Part shown: in pieces, positions 1 to 13,095 of the stretch | How the letters are laid out: each line of letters starts with the position of its first letter | Numbering within the stretch: the first letter of the stretch is position 1 | Assembly (NCBI GenBank): GCA_030390025.1 | Contig: CM059432.1 | Location: 62,188,001 to 62,252,000, forward strand | From: Squalus acanthias | Taxonomy: Eukaryota | Length of the DNA: 64,000 nt | Direction of reading: 5' to 3' | Translations under genes and position numbers: made by a program | The notes under the pieces: generated by a model | The model's database searches: none | What the model was told of the DNA's origin: nothing | Seen by the model: only the letters and a program-made list of their open reading frames with translations

Positions 1-129
1 GGCAATGCTGGGCTACACTAATGGCTGGAAATCCTGCCCCTTCACACTTCCAGTGACAGAGCAGGTCTTGAGGAATTGTGACCTAAAGGACAAGGATTTT
101 AACCTAAATGGATTGGGGGTCTAGAAACC

Positions 130-420
130 ACTAATAGTCACTGAGGACAGGAGTGATGGGCTGGATGTAGGACAGCATGCAAGTGGCTGCATTTGGAATA
201 GTTGGAGTTTGAGGGTGGAGGATGGGAGGACAATGAGGAGAACATGAGAAAAATCGAGTATAGAAGGCACAAAAACATAAGTAAAGGTTAGAGTCAGGAA
301 ATGTTGTACAGATAAAAGAGGCAGTTTTGGTGACGGATGGGAGGTGGGGTTTCAACCCAAGCTCCGGGTAGAACAGGGTGCCAAGGCATACATTTGACAT
401 GTCTGTCGGCATGAAGTATG
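130..420 (-). mobile_element. Old L2-type LINE fragment
   Basis: Degenerate minus-strand translation ending QPITPVLSD, like the L2 ORF2 C-terminal 'SPITPVLADLHW' seen in the younger L2 copy at 5568-6035. Confidence 0.45.
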
Positions 421-1069
421 TTGATGTACTCAAAAATCATTTTCAATGAATAGTAACCAACTTAAAATATCTCAAAATAATTTTGATTTATGAATAAAAG
501 GAATCAATGGCATTCGTTAGCAGCACAAATGTAACCTCGAGTGTGAAAAAGATTCTGGTGTTCGAACTTGCTGCTATTATGCAGCAATCGTTGTCTGTAT
601 AATGTATTTGTAATGAATGCTAGATGTAATCAGTTAAAAGGTGGTCATACTTTAAAAAAAAAGTTAGGGCAAGAAATCATGAGTAGGAACTTGTTCCATG
701 AAGGGTTTTACTTTTTGCTGTAACCTTTAGAAAGTGACATCAGAGGGCAGCACTAAAGATTAGCTTGTTAACTTTTACCCTTCCATCATAAAATTAAACT
801 TTGACTTTGGATGCCACAAGCAAGTTCAGAGTCCTTCTATTTACTGACAGAGTTATTGATGTGACTGAAGTACATGTAAAACTGTGACTAGTAATGACAT
901 CAGCATTTACAGTGCAGTATTGCCTTGTCCTCCTTGCCCTATGATCGCGCCCACACCACACAAGCTTCACCTAAGTCCCTGTCCAAATGTTAAAAAACTG
1001 ATCTTAATTTCAGCCCTGTTAGAAAAAAATGGAAATGTGTTACCAGGAACTACAATGTTTGAAGTCGTA

Positions 1070-3414
1070 ATGGCACAGAAGGAGGCCATTCAGCCCATCG
1101 AGTCCGTGCTGGCTCTCTGTAGAGCAATCCAGTCAGTCCCATTCCCCCGCTCTATCCCCGTAGCCCTGCAAGTTTATTTCCCTCAAGTGCCTATCCAGTC
1201 TCCCCTTGAAAACATTGAGTGTGTCCGCTTCCACCACTTCCGTCGGCAGTGAGTTCCAGGTCCTCACCACTCGCTGCGTAAAAATGTTTTTCCTCACATC
1301 CCCCCCTCCCCCCCCCGGAAATCTCTTGCCCAAAACCTTGAATCTGTGTCCCCTAGTCCTTGTACCATCAACTAGTGGGAACAGCCTTTCCCCGTCTAGC
1401 CTATCCAAACTCGTCATAATCTTGTACACCTCTATCAAATCACCCTTCAACCTCCTTTGCTCTAATGAAAACAAATCCAGCTTCTCCAACCTGTCCTTGT
1501 AGCTAAGATCCCCCATTCCCCAGAACAATTCTGGTAAATCTCCTCTGCACCCTCTCGAGGTCCTTCACATCCTTCCTAAAGTGTGGTGACCAGAACTGGA
1601 CGCAATACTCCAGTTGTGGCCTAACCAGCGCTTTGTAAAGGTTCAGCATAACTTCTCTACCTTTGTACGCAATACCTCTATTTATGAAGTCCAAGATCCC
1701 ATATGCTTTGCTATCCACTCTCTCAATATGTCCCGCCACCTTCAGGGACCTATGCACATTAACTCCCAGGTCCCTCTGTCCCTGCACACTCTTTAAAACT
1801 GTGCCATTAAGTGTATATTGCCTCTCCCTGTTCCTTCTGCCAAAATGCATCACCTCACACTTCTCTGTATTAAATTGCATCTGCCACTTGTCTGCCCATT
1901 CTGCTAGCCTTTCTATGTCCTGTTGCAGTCAATTGGTATCGTCCTCACTGTTTGCCACACCCCCAAGTTTGGTGTCATCGGCAAATTTAGAAATTCTACT
2001 CTGTGTTCCAATATCCAGGTCATTTATATATAAAGCAGTGGCCCCAGCACTGACCCTTGGGGAACACCACTGTCTACCATCCTCCAGTCTGAAAAGCAGC
2101 CATTTACCACAACTCGCTGTTTTCTGTCCTCAAGCCAATTCCTTATCCAAGCTGCCACTGACCCACCATGAGCCTCAATTTTGTTAACCAGCCTTCTATG
2201 TGGTACTTTGTTAAATGCCTTTCTAAAATCAATGTAGACAACATCCATTGCATTCCCTTCATCAATCATCCCTGTTACTTCATCAAAAAATTCAATTAGA
2301 TTAGTCAAACACGATCTGCCTTTTACAAATCCATGTTGGCTCTCCTTAATTAGCTTAAACCTCTCCAAGTGCCCGTTAATTTTTTCCTTGATTATTGTTT
2401 CTAAAACTTTACCCACCACTGATGTTAAACTGTAGTTACTTGGATTGTCCTTACACCCTTTCTTGAACAATGGTGTCACATTGACCACTTTCCAATCCTT
2501 AGGCACCCCCCCCCCCCCCCCCAATCTAGGGAAGATTGGAAAATTATGGCGAGCCCTTCTGCTATCTCCTCCCCCAATTCCTTTAGCAACCTGGGATGCA
2601 AGCCATCTGGACCAGGCAACTTATCCACTCTAAGCATACCCAGTCTTTCTAGTACATCCTGTTTATCAATTTTCACCCCTTTCATTGCTTCTACCTTTTC
2701 CACTTCTACCGATATTTTGTCAGCATCCACCTCCTCAGTAAACACCGATACAAAGTACTCATTGAGTATTGTGGCCTTGCCCTGCGCCTCTAAGCATATA
2801 TCACCTTCTTTGTCCCTAATGGGCCCCACCCTGCTTCTTACTACCCGCTTACTGTTTACATGCTGGTAGAAGATTTTTGGGTTCCCTTTTATGTTGACCG
2901 TCATTCTACTCTCATATTCTCTCTTTGCCAATCTTATTTTCATCTTCACTTCCCCTCTCAACTTACTGTATTTGGTCTGGTTCTCCCTTGAAGAATTCAC
3001 CTGACATTCATCATACACCCTTTCTTTTTTGTTTCATCATCTTAATCTCCCTCGTCATCCAAGGAGCCCTTGCTTTAGTTCCCTTACCCTTCCCTCTTGT
3101 TGGAATGTACCTAGCCTGTACTTGGAACATCTCCTCCTTAAAATCACCCATTGTTCCGTTACAGTTTTTCCTGTCAGTCTTGGGCTCCATTTTACCCTGG
3201 CGAGATGCTTTCGCATCCCAATGAAGTTAGCCCTGTTCCAGTTTAGAAGTTCCACTCTAGATTGTTCCCTGCTCCTCTCCATTGCTAATCTAAACATTGA
3301 TACGATGATCACTCATACCCAAGTGTTCTCCCACAGACACTTGGTTGACCTGGCCCACCTCATTCCCCAGCACTAGATCCAGCAATGCCTCCTTCCTAGT
3401 TGGGCCAAGAACAT
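1070..3414 (-). mobile_element. CR1 LINE, 5'-truncated, frameshifted ORF2 (RT) plus 3' UTR
   Basis: ORF fragments [71 protein letters not shown]1-type 3' UTR near 1070-1135. Confidence 0.93.
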
Positions 3415-3699
3415 CAGTCTAGATGAGCTGAGTTAAAAGTCTAGGTGAGTTTGAATCCCACTCTCTGGCCGGAATTTTTACCTCTCGGATGCACTGGCAG
3501 GGGAGCCCTGGATCGCGTGGGGAACCCGGAAGTTGAAGCGGCGCGTTTTGCAGTGGCTTTTTAACGAAGCTTGATGACGTCCCGTATGGGTCTAATTCAG
3601 CTCAGGTATTTAAAGGAGCATTGCAAAGATGACAGTTGAAGGTTGGTGGAGGTTGAAGAGAGATTGGTGGGGAAGAGAATGGTTTGTCTGGAGAGTGAT

Positions 3700-5476
3700 C
3701 CCTGGAACTCCTGCTCCAAGGATTCTGGAGCCACAGGGAGGTCCTATTCCCTGCTGACGGGAGGAAGAGGCCAGCTGCAGACACCAAGAAGGCATGGCTG
3801 GAGATAGCGGCAGAAGTGAGCAGCAGGAGTGTGGTGACGAGGTCCTGGGATACAGTGCAGGAAGAGATTTAATGACCTCATGAGGTAAGGAAAGACAAGT
3901 ACAATGCCACATTCAACTACATCCTGATGTGCGTGTCACCCCAACCCCCTCACTCTGCCTTCCCAGGCCTACTCCTGCATATCATTCTCCTCACCAACCT
4001 ACCTTGTAGGTGCACCCATCCCTCATTGTCTATGCACTTACTCGCACTAACTCACATCCCCATCTGACCATCCACCACTGGCACTCACTCTCATCTTAAT
4101 GCAATGTCACGCCTCTCCCTCAGTCACCCTCTATTGATGTTGTCCATCCATCTCTTCCACTCATTCCATGACTCTCACTCAAAGGTTTCTTGTTTCCCTC
4201 CTTGCAGGAGAAGAGAGCACAGAACAGCCGTGGGAGGCAGAGAACCGGAGGTGGCCCTCCAGTCATAACAAAACTGACTGCAGCAGAGGAGGAGGCGGTG
4301 CTGGAGATCAGCGGAGCAGCAGAGTTGTTAGCAGTGAGAGCTGGAGAGACGGGGATCTCCCAGCTACCTGGTGACAATTAAATATCACACAGCCACATGG
4401 CATACAACACTCACTCATGTTGACTTGATGTCAGTAGCCAGTGAAATATGATCATCCGCATAATGTTCATTTAAAACATTCTTATCATAGTTCTAATTCA
4501 TGCCTTTACTCTTCCACCGGCCCATCAAGTGTCCCGCAGCCAGTCCAGGCAGAGGAGGAAGAAGACTCCTCTGAGGGTGCACCGTCAGAGGACGCATGGA
4601 CACCAAGCACCAGTGCAGATGCACACACGTCGATGGAATCAGTAAGTCAGATAGTAGTGTTGTCACCTGGTGTGTCTCACAGCACGTGTGAGCAAAAGCA
4701 GATGGTGCAGACAGGGACAGCAGTGGCGAGCCCTTGTTGGAGGGCGCAGGAAGCTCCAAGCTCTGCTCAGCTGGGCGAAGATGCTGAACCTCGGGGGAGC
4801 CTTCGACAAAGAGGATGATTCTGGAGGAGCAACAAAAAATGTGTGAGGCTCTGGCAGAATTTCCAGCCGCGATGTGCTCGCTTGTAGGGAGAATGGAGGA
4901 GTTCATCTCCAGCATGACTGGCATGATGTCGCTTCCATGGCTATGATGTGTCCATCCATGGAAAGAGTGGCCACTTGCATGGAGCATCAAAGGCGGCATT
5001 CAAACGAGTGCATGCTTGCTTGCTCTCACCAACAGCTTGCACACTCTGAATGCCACCTTAACTGGGATGGATAAAAACCTAGACTTGGTCGTTCATTGCC
5101 CCACTGATGTGCAGCAAAGTGCTCTCCAGCTCCTTGCTAGCAGGGAGGTGCGGGTGGGCCTTGAAAGGGATGATGGTGAAAGGGGACATAGAAGTGGGGA
5201 CTGTTCAAAGCACTTCCACTTCTCCCCCGTTGCCTCCCCCCTCAGTCAGAGCCCCACAAGCTGCCTCGTGTCCCGATGGCTGAGTCTGCCCCTGCACAGG
5301 TGCAGGAGGAGCAGTCTTTGGTGGGGCCCTCATAGGCACCAAAACCCTGAGGATGTCAGCCAAAAGCATCTCAGCATTCAGAGCAGGGAAGTGAGCAGCC
5401 TGTCTCTAACTCTGCTGAAGCCACATGGGGTGCATGACGTAGAAATGGTAGGAAGAGGAAGATGAAAGAATTCTAG
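3700..5476 (+). pseudogene. Harbinger 1 Myb/SANT-like (NAIF1-like) DNA-binding gene, three exons, degraded
   Basis: Exon 1 reads SLELLLQ...EVLFPADGRKRPAADTKKAWLEIAAEVSSRSVVTRSW/IQCRKRFNDL (one frameshift). Exon 2 follows ttgcag at 4208 and reads EKRAQNSRGRQRTGGGPP. A long acidic, low-complexity exon 3 follows. Confidence 0.8.
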
Positions 5477-5567
5477 GTGCACAAGGGTATGCACGTGGGG
5501 GTGTGTTGGGCAATGTTTCACTGTTAAGGTTACGTTATTTGGAGGCACATAAATTATTTCTTTGGCA

Positions 5568-6035
5568 ACAGAAGGCACGGCCACCAAAGATTGAGCGATT
5601 ATAATCAGAGATCCTCAAGAGGGCAGAATTAGAGGAGTGCAGATATCTCGGGGGGGTGGGGGGGGGGGGGCTGTGGGACTGGGCTGTGGGGCTGAAGGGC
5701 TGTAGGGGATTAGAGATAGGCAGGGGCGTGGCCATGGAGGGATTTGAAAACAAGGATAAGAATTTTGAAATCGAGGCGCTGCTTAACTGGGAACCAATGT
5801 AGGTCAGCGAGCACAGGGGTAATTGGTGAATGGGACTTGGTGCAAGTTAGGACATGGGCAGTCGAGTTTTGGATGACCTCAAGTTTACGTAGGGTGGAAT
5901 GTGGGAGGCCAGCCAGGAGTGCGTTGGAATAGTCAAGTCTAGAGGTAACAAAGGCATGGATGAGGGTTTCAGCAGCGGATGAGCTGAGGCAAGGGCGGAG
6001 ACGGGCGATGTTACGGAGGTGGAAGTAGGCGGTCT
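5568..6035 (-). mobile_element. L2 LINE ORF2 C-terminal fragment nested in Harbinger 1
   Basis: Minus strand reads TAYFHLRNIARLRPCLSSSAAETLIHAFVTSRLDYSNALLAGLP...SPITPVLADLHW. Confidence 0.85.
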
Positions 6036-8874
6036 AAAGGCACTATACCTGAATGTGCGAAGCATTCACAACAAAATAGTTGAATTAATAGCGCAGATAG
6101 AAATGAACAGGTTTGATCTAATTGTCATAACGGAAACGTGGTTGCAAAGTGGCCAAGGTTGGGCACTAAATATTCCAGGATACTTAACTTTTAGAAGAGA
6201 TAGGCAAAATGGAAAAGGAGATGGGGTAGCCCTGATGATAAAGGATGGGATAAAGACAGTAGAGAGAAAGGATCTTAGCTCTGAAAATCAAGAAGTAGAA
6301 TCAGTTTGGGTGGAGCTAAGAAACAGCAAGGGGCAGAAAACATTGGTGGGAGTTGTTTATAGGCCCCCAAACAGTAGTTGTAATGCAGGGCAGAGTATAA
6401 ATCAGGAAATTAGAGGTGCATGTAACAAGGGTAATACAGTAATCATGGGGGACTTCAATCTACATATAGACTGGACAAACCAAATTTGCAGTAATAGTGT
6501 GGAGGACGAATTCATGGAATGTATGTAGGATAGTTTTCTAGATCAGTATGTTGAGGAATCAACTAGGGAACAGGCTATTTTAGATCTAGTATTGTGCAAT
6601 GAGAAAGGGCTAATTAATAACCTTGTAAAGGGGCCTTTAGGGAAGAGTGACCATAATATGATAGAATTTTATATTCAGTTTGAAAGTGATTTAGTTAAAT
6701 CCGAAACTAGGGTCTTAAATCTAAACAAGGCAAACTACGTAGGTATGAGGGGCGAGTTGGCTAAACTACATTAAAAGGTATGACGGTAGCCAAGCAATGG
6801 CTAGCATTTAAAGAATTAATACATGATGTACAACAAATATACATTCCTTTAAGGCACAAAAACCCCACAGTTAAAGTGGTCCAACCATGGCTAACAAGAG
6901 AAGTTAAAGATCATATTAGATCAAAGGAAGAGGCTTATATTGTTGCCAAAAGAGTAGAATTCAGCAAAGGAGGACCAAGAAATTGATAAAGAAAGGGAAA
7001 ATAGAATATGAGAGTAAACTAGCAAGAGACATACAAACAGACTGTAAAAGCTTCTATAGGTATGTAAAAGGGAAAAGATTAGCGAAAGTAAATGTGGCTC
7101 CCTTACAGGCTGAGACAGGAGAAATGATAATGGGGAACAAGGAAATGGCAGAGAAATTAAACAAATACTTTGTGTCTGTCTTCACGGAAAAAGACGCAAA
7201 AAACTTCCTGGAAACAGTGGAGAACTGAGGGTCTCGCGAGAATGAGGAACTGAAAGAAATTAGTATTAGTAAAAAAAATAGTACTGGAGAAATTAATGGG
7301 ACTGAAAGCCGATAAATCCCCTGGACCTGATGGCCTACACCCTAGGTGGCTATAGAGATAGTGGCTGCATTGGTTGTCATTTTCCAAAATTCCATAGATT
7401 CTAGAACGGTTCCTGCGGATTGGAAGGTAGCAAATGTAACCCCACTATTTAAGAAAGGGGGGAGAGAGAAAACGGGGAACTACAGACCAGCTAGCGCTGA
7501 CATCAGTAGTAGGGAAAATGCTAGAATCTATTATTAAGGACGTGGTAACAGGGCACTTAGAAAATAATAATAGGATTGGGCAGAGTCAACACTGATTTAT
7601 GAAAGGGAAATAGTGCTTGACAAATCTGTTAGAATTTTCTGAGGTTTTTTAACTGGCAGAATAGATCAGGGGGAACCAGTGGATGTGGTGTATTTGGATT
7701 TTCAGAAGGCATTCGATAAGGTGCCACACAAGAAGTTATTAAACAAAATTAGGGCTCATGGGATTGGGGGTAATATACTAGCATGGATTGAGGATTGGTT
7801 AACGGACAGAAAACAGAGAGTAGGAATAAACGGGTCATTTTCGGGTTGGCTGACTGTAACTAGTGGAGTACCGCAAGGATCAGTGCTTGGGCCTCAGCTA
7901 TTCACAATCTACATCAATGATTTGGATGAGGGGACCAAATGTAATATATCCAAGTTTGCTGATGATACAAAGCTGGGTGGGAATGTAAGTTGTGAGGAGG
8001 ATGCAAGGAGGCTTCAAGGGGATATAGACAGACTAAGTGAATGAGCAAGAACATGGCAAATTGAATATAATGTGGAGAAATGTGAAGTTATCCACTTTGG
8101 TAGGAAAAATAGAAAAGCAGAGTATTATTAAATGGTGAGAGATTGGGAAATGTTGGTGTTCAGAAGACCCTGGGTGACCTTGTACACGAATCACTGGAAG
8201 TTAACATGCAAGTACAGCAAGCAATTAGGAAAGCAAATGGTATGTTGGCATTAATTACAAGAGGATTTGAGTATAAGAGTAAAGACGTCTTACTGCAATT
8301 ATATAGGGCCCTGATGAGACAACACCTGGAGTATTGTGTACAGTTTTGGTCTCCTTACCTAAGGAAGGATATACTTGCCATAGAGGGAGTGCAATGATGG
8401 TTTACCAGACTGGTTCCTGGGATGGGGGGATTGTCCTACGAGGAGAGATTGAGTAGACTAGGCCTATATTCTCTAGAGTTTAGAAGAATGAGACGTGATC
8501 TCATTGAAGCATACAAAATTCTTACAGGGCTTGACAGGGTAGATGCAGAGAGGATGTTTCCCCTGGCTGGGGAGTCTAGAACCAGGGGTCACAGTCTCAG
8601 AATAAGGGGTCGGCCATTTAGGACTGAGATGAGGAGAAATTTCTTCACTGAGGGTGGTGAATCTTTGGAATTCGTTACCCCAGAGGGCTGTGGAGGCTTA
8701 GTTGTTGAGTATATTCAAGACAGAGATCGCTAGATTTTTGAATATAAGGGAATCAAGGGATATGGGGATAGTTCAGGAAAGTGGAGATGAGGTAGATGAT
8801 CAGCCATGATCTTATTGAAGGCGGAGCAGGCTCAAAGGCCAAATGGCCTACTCCTGCTCTTATTTCTTATGTTC
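6033..8874 (+). mobile_element. CR1 LINE ORF2 (APE endonuclease + RT) and 3' UTR nested in Harbinger 1
   Basis: LYLNVRSIHNK...ITETWL...VVYRPPN...MGDFN (endonuclease); [11 protein letters not shown]...[10 protein letters not shown]...KFADDTK (RT). Tail ends ...tcttatgttc. Many stops and frameshifts. Confidence 0.94.
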
Positions 8875-9054
8875 AATGGGTGTGTGTGACAGAAATGGTT
8901 TGGTCATTTTAGGACTGCTTTGTGGGTGGTGGGGGGCGGGAAAAAGTGGGTTCTGCATCTGGGTGCCAGATGGGTGCACTGGTGCAACCTAACTGAATTG
9001 TGCCATTATGAGCCCATCCTGGCCATGTGCGCCGCTACTGGTGCCATATCCACA

Positions 9055-10393
9055 TCAAGTTGCTCCTCCTCCGAAGAGGCTCTGACCCTCCTGCAGCTCC
9101 AATCCTTGCTGCTGCGCTCTGTTGAGCAGAGCGCAGCATACCACGATCATTCTGGAGACCTTGGCTGGTGTGTATTGAAGGGCTCCTCCAGATATGTCCA
9201 GGCATCTGAGGCGCAACTTCAGCATCCCGATTGCTTGCTCCAGTACACAGCTCGTCGTCATTTGGCTTTGATTGTTACGCTCTTGAGCCTCATTGCTTGG
9301 GCTCCTCAAGGGTATCATCAGCCACATCTTCAGTGGATACCCCTCCAAGCAGCCAGCCGGTAAGTCTGGTCGGAGGTGCAAGGAGCTGAGGGTGGGTGGA
9401 CCGGCGCAGGACGAATGAATCATGACGGCTCCCTGAGAATCTGGCACACATGCATGATCTTTTTGTGGTTGCAGACGAGATGCACATTGATGGAGTGGAA
9501 GTCCTTGCGGTTCACAAACACTCCTGGGTGATCTAGGGCTGCCTTGATGGCCACGTGTGCAGTCGATGACGCCCTGTACTTGTGGGGAGCCGCAAATCCG
9601 AGCACCTGCTCATTCTGACTTGCTTTATCAGTGGCAAAGTGTACGTAAATGCTTGTCCTGGCAAACATGGCATCTGTCACTTGGTTGATGCATTTGTGGA
9701 CGGCCGACTGCGAGATCCTGCAAATATCTCCTGCAGTGGAGTGGCATAGTGGTTAGCACTGTTGCCTCACAGCGCCAGGGACCCGGGTTCGAATCCGGCC
9801 TCGGGTAACTGTCTGTGTGGAGTTTGCACATTCTCCCCGTGTCTGCGTGGGTTTCCTCCGGGTGCTCCGGTTTCCTCCCACAGTCCAAGGATGTGCAGGT
9901 TAGGTTGATTTGGCTATGATAAATTGACCTTTAGTGTTAGGGGGATTAAATACGTGGGGTTACGGGGATAGGGTGGGATATGTGTCGGTGCAGGCTCGAT
10001 GGGCCGAAATGGCCTCTATCTGCACTGTGGGGATTCTGTGCTTCTGAGATACCTGGAAGGAGCCTGAGGCGAAGAAGTTGAGGGTGGTGGTCACTGACGG
10101 CCACTGGTAACACTTGTCCATCAGGTCCACTTGGCAGCAGGTCGTCTTCCAGCAGGCTAAAAATGTCTGCTGCGATCTGACGCGATAGCCTGAGCCTCCT
10201 GTGGCATGTCCAGGAAGCTGATCCTCTGCCTATATACCCTGTGTTGAGGGTATCGCCTCCTGCGAGGTGCACCCCTGTGCTCATCCCCTCTTTCCTGTGG
10301 AGCAGCAGGCCAGTGAGGATAAAGCGGCTACTGCTGGTGCTCATCTTGGTTCAAATCTGAGGTCCAAGGTGAAACAGCATAAGCGGCACCCAT
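9055..10393 (-). pseudogene. Harbinger 1 DDE transposase (HARBI1-like), disrupted
   Basis: Fragments SFQ...[84 protein letters not shown]. Putative ATG at 10393. Confidence 0.88.
9736..10045 (+). mobile_element. tRNA-derived V-SINE (HE1-like) inserted in the transposase
   Basis: A/B boxes (tggcatagtggtt; gggttcgaatcc), V-domain-type core ctgtgtggagtttgcacattctccccgtgtctgcgtgggtttcctccggg, and CR1-like tail gatgggccgaaatggcct. Confidence 0.85.
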
Positions 10394-10430
10394 GCTGATC
10401 TGATAGATGACAGATGTAAAGTGGAGATCA

Positions 10431-10486
10431 GTGGGCGTGGCCTCCGGTGCCGTGGGCGTGACCTCCGGTGCCGTGGGCGTGACCTC
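10431..10486 (+). repeat. 21-bp tandem repeat, about 2.7 copies (gtgggcgtgacctccggtgcc)
   Basis: Read directly. It lies just upstream of the Harbinger 1 transposase ATG. Confidence 0.85.
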
Positions 10487-12389
10487 AAGTTGTATAACTC
10501 CCCTGCAAACTCCTGAAAGAAAACTCAGATCAAATGGTGTGAGCAAAATCCTTTCCCTTAGGCAAGGAAGCAGGTGTAAGGTCTCAGTATTTATGGGATT
10601 TTTTGACTGTCATTTGTTCAGCTCCCTCAACTGCTGCTCTGCTCTCGCCTTACTTTTACTGGCGAGGTTCAGCAAGCCTGGGAATCCCGTGGACACCCAG
10701 TAAAAGTTCAAAGCAGAGGTAAAAAAGGCTCTTAATAGCCTCTTTGCTAGCTGTTAATTGCTTTAAATAGGTAACCCGCCTCTCCCGAGCGGGTTTGTCT
10801 CTTGCAGCTGAACACGCTTGAGTTAAATGTGGAAGCTGGCGGGTTGAAGCCGGCTTCCCAACGTGCTGTCAAGTTCAGCGCTTTTAACGACCCACCCGGT
10901 CCCAAACCCACTTACTCTTCGATGTTAAAATTCAGGCCTCTGCTAGTGTTGCAGAAGGTGAGTTTTAATGGGGTCATTTGTAAGAAAAAGCAAGTTTGCC
11001 AAATCACTGAAGCATACCTTTTCATAAACTGACTAAGAAAGCTGTTAATGCAGTTCATTGAAGTGTGTGACTATGGGTTGGACCCACCTGTTCAAGAATG
11101 ATGGTGTGGATATAGGAGGCTATGACTGAAGGGAGGAGAGTAATATTGTATAATTAAATTATATGCATTTTTAGATTATCAGTGGAGCTTCATGCAGATT
11201 GAATGTGTAAAAATTGCATTTAGTGTTGTGTACGCTTGTTCCATTCAGTCAGCACAATATAACACTCTGGTCTTGGGATAATTGGAATAATTCAGTAGCT
11301 TATAGTTACTATAAATTTCAGTACTGCATACCATAGTGATTCTACCTCTGTTCCAGTGATAAAGAAATACATTTTAGTGTAGAGGTAGGGTATTTCAACC
11401 CTCCCTGATATTTTTTTGCTTTTTAAAAACTTATTTTGTTAACACTTGCCATGCACAGTTCTGTGGTTGAAGGGATAAGCAGGGGTCTTACTGCCAAGCT
11501 TCTTCAATTGGCCACTAAGAGATGAGGGATGATTGCCCTGTAATTTCCCCCTCTGTGGAGTAATGTGTAGCTTTCTTTCTGGTTCACTCCCTGATGAAGA
11601 TCGAGTACTCAACAAGAGTAATCTTGCAAAAGGAGCTGTGTTTTAATCCTAGAAATCCTATTTGTTACAATACTCATGAGAAATGTCTGAATTTTAGTCT
11701 AGTCTTTCATTCTCATTTCTTTTATATATTTTTGTTCTTGGGGTGTGGGTAATACGAGTAAGACAGCATTTATTACCCATTCCTAGTTGTCCTGAGAGCA
11801 TTAAGAGTCACCCACGTAGGATTTTACAACTTGGTAATTTTTTCTGGTGCCAAATTACAACATTTTATTGAAATTAATTTCACAACTTCCTATGGTGAAC
11901 TCCACCTCTGGTTTGCTGGTCCTAACAACTAGGGGGGTAAACCATTACCCGCTTGAGGTTGGATTGCTTTTGACTGAAGAATTTACGTATTGTAAAGTAT
12001 ATTTAGTCACACCATTGACTGAGAAACAAAAATAGCAGCATGTAAAATTTGGCTTGATTTATAAGGCTGTGCACACAAGTCTAAATACAGATTCTTTGTG
12101 AAATTGTTCAAGGTTACATGCCAAAGTTCATTGGTTCTTCAGTATAAGGTTTTGAGTATGATGGCGTGCTAACGTGCAGTGCCCTGGAATGGCAGGAAAT
12201 GGGTTTAGTTCCACCATTCTGCTGCTGTGATGAGTTGCCAAGTGAAACCAAGTGCTTTCCAACTCAGGAGGGGAAGTCTGAGGAAAAGTAATTGGCATGC
12301 TTGCAAATCATCTGGGAAACAGGTCTAAGAATGAATTTGACAAAAGTCAGAAAAACAAAAAAGGGGAACAAAGTGGGGTGGGGAGTGGG

Positions 12390-13095
12390 TGGGCTGGTTA
12401 AAGAAGTGGGTAGCGAAGTCATACAGACCATCAAGGTCCAGATTTGATCCTTGATCTGTGCTGAGTTAGCTGATCTTAGCCAGGGTGGTGGTAGAATCAT
12501 AGAACAATGGAATTTTACAACACAGAAGGAAGCCATTTGACCCATTGTGCCTGTGCCAGCTTCCTTTTTAAAAGCTATTGTGGATTCTGCTTCCATCACT
12601 GTTTTTGACATGGCATTCCATATCCTCTTGCTGAAAAAAAATTATTCTAACCCACCCTCCATTTTTTTTAGTGGTCATTTTGGAAATTTATTTTCCTTCT
12701 ATATTACCTGGAAATTGATGTATCGTTTTTTGATGGTCACCTTAAACTTATGTGCTCTAATTACGAACTCACCGACCAGTGGAAGTAGTTTTTTTCCCCC
12801 CTATTTGCCATATCAAATCCTTTGTAATTTGGGAGGTAAGCTACATTCGTCCTGATCTTGTTGTTGAATACTATCCAGTGGCACCTGCTGGAAGTGCACA
12901 AATGCAGATATCGGATGAGGACAGGATTGGCTTCGGTGGGAAGTTTCTCTTGATCAAATAGTCTGCCAGTGCTCACCCTCGTACATTAAAAATGACTACT
13001 TGAGCATGGTACTGGAGGGAGATTGATGCCAGTGAGAATAATACCCAACAAGCAATGTTTAGGAGAGGAGGAAAGGAAGAAAATTAACAGAAGAG
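12390..13095 (+). mobile_element. Ancient tRNA-derived SINE split by an old minus-strand CR1 3' fragment (about 12495-12840)
   Basis: Motif tctgtgctgagttagctgatc and the downstream body (cctgctggaa...gaggacaggattgg) recur at 18340-18752 (-), 35745-36095 and 39480-39700. Confidence 0.55.

Larger units (their letters stand above)
3467..10938. mobile_element. PIF/Harbinger DNA transposon 1 (Myb gene on +, transposase on -), with nested L2, CR1 and SINE
   Basis: Left end GGCCGGAATTTT; right end reverse-complemented GGCCTGAATTTT. Flanked by a 3-bp duplication TCT (3464-3466 and 10939-10941). Contains both Harbinger genes in convergent orientation. Confidence 0.85.

Noticed and set aside
9736..9810. 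tRNA gene
   Set aside because: The A/B boxes belong to a SINE head that continues into a V-domain and LINE tail. There is no complete cloverleaf.
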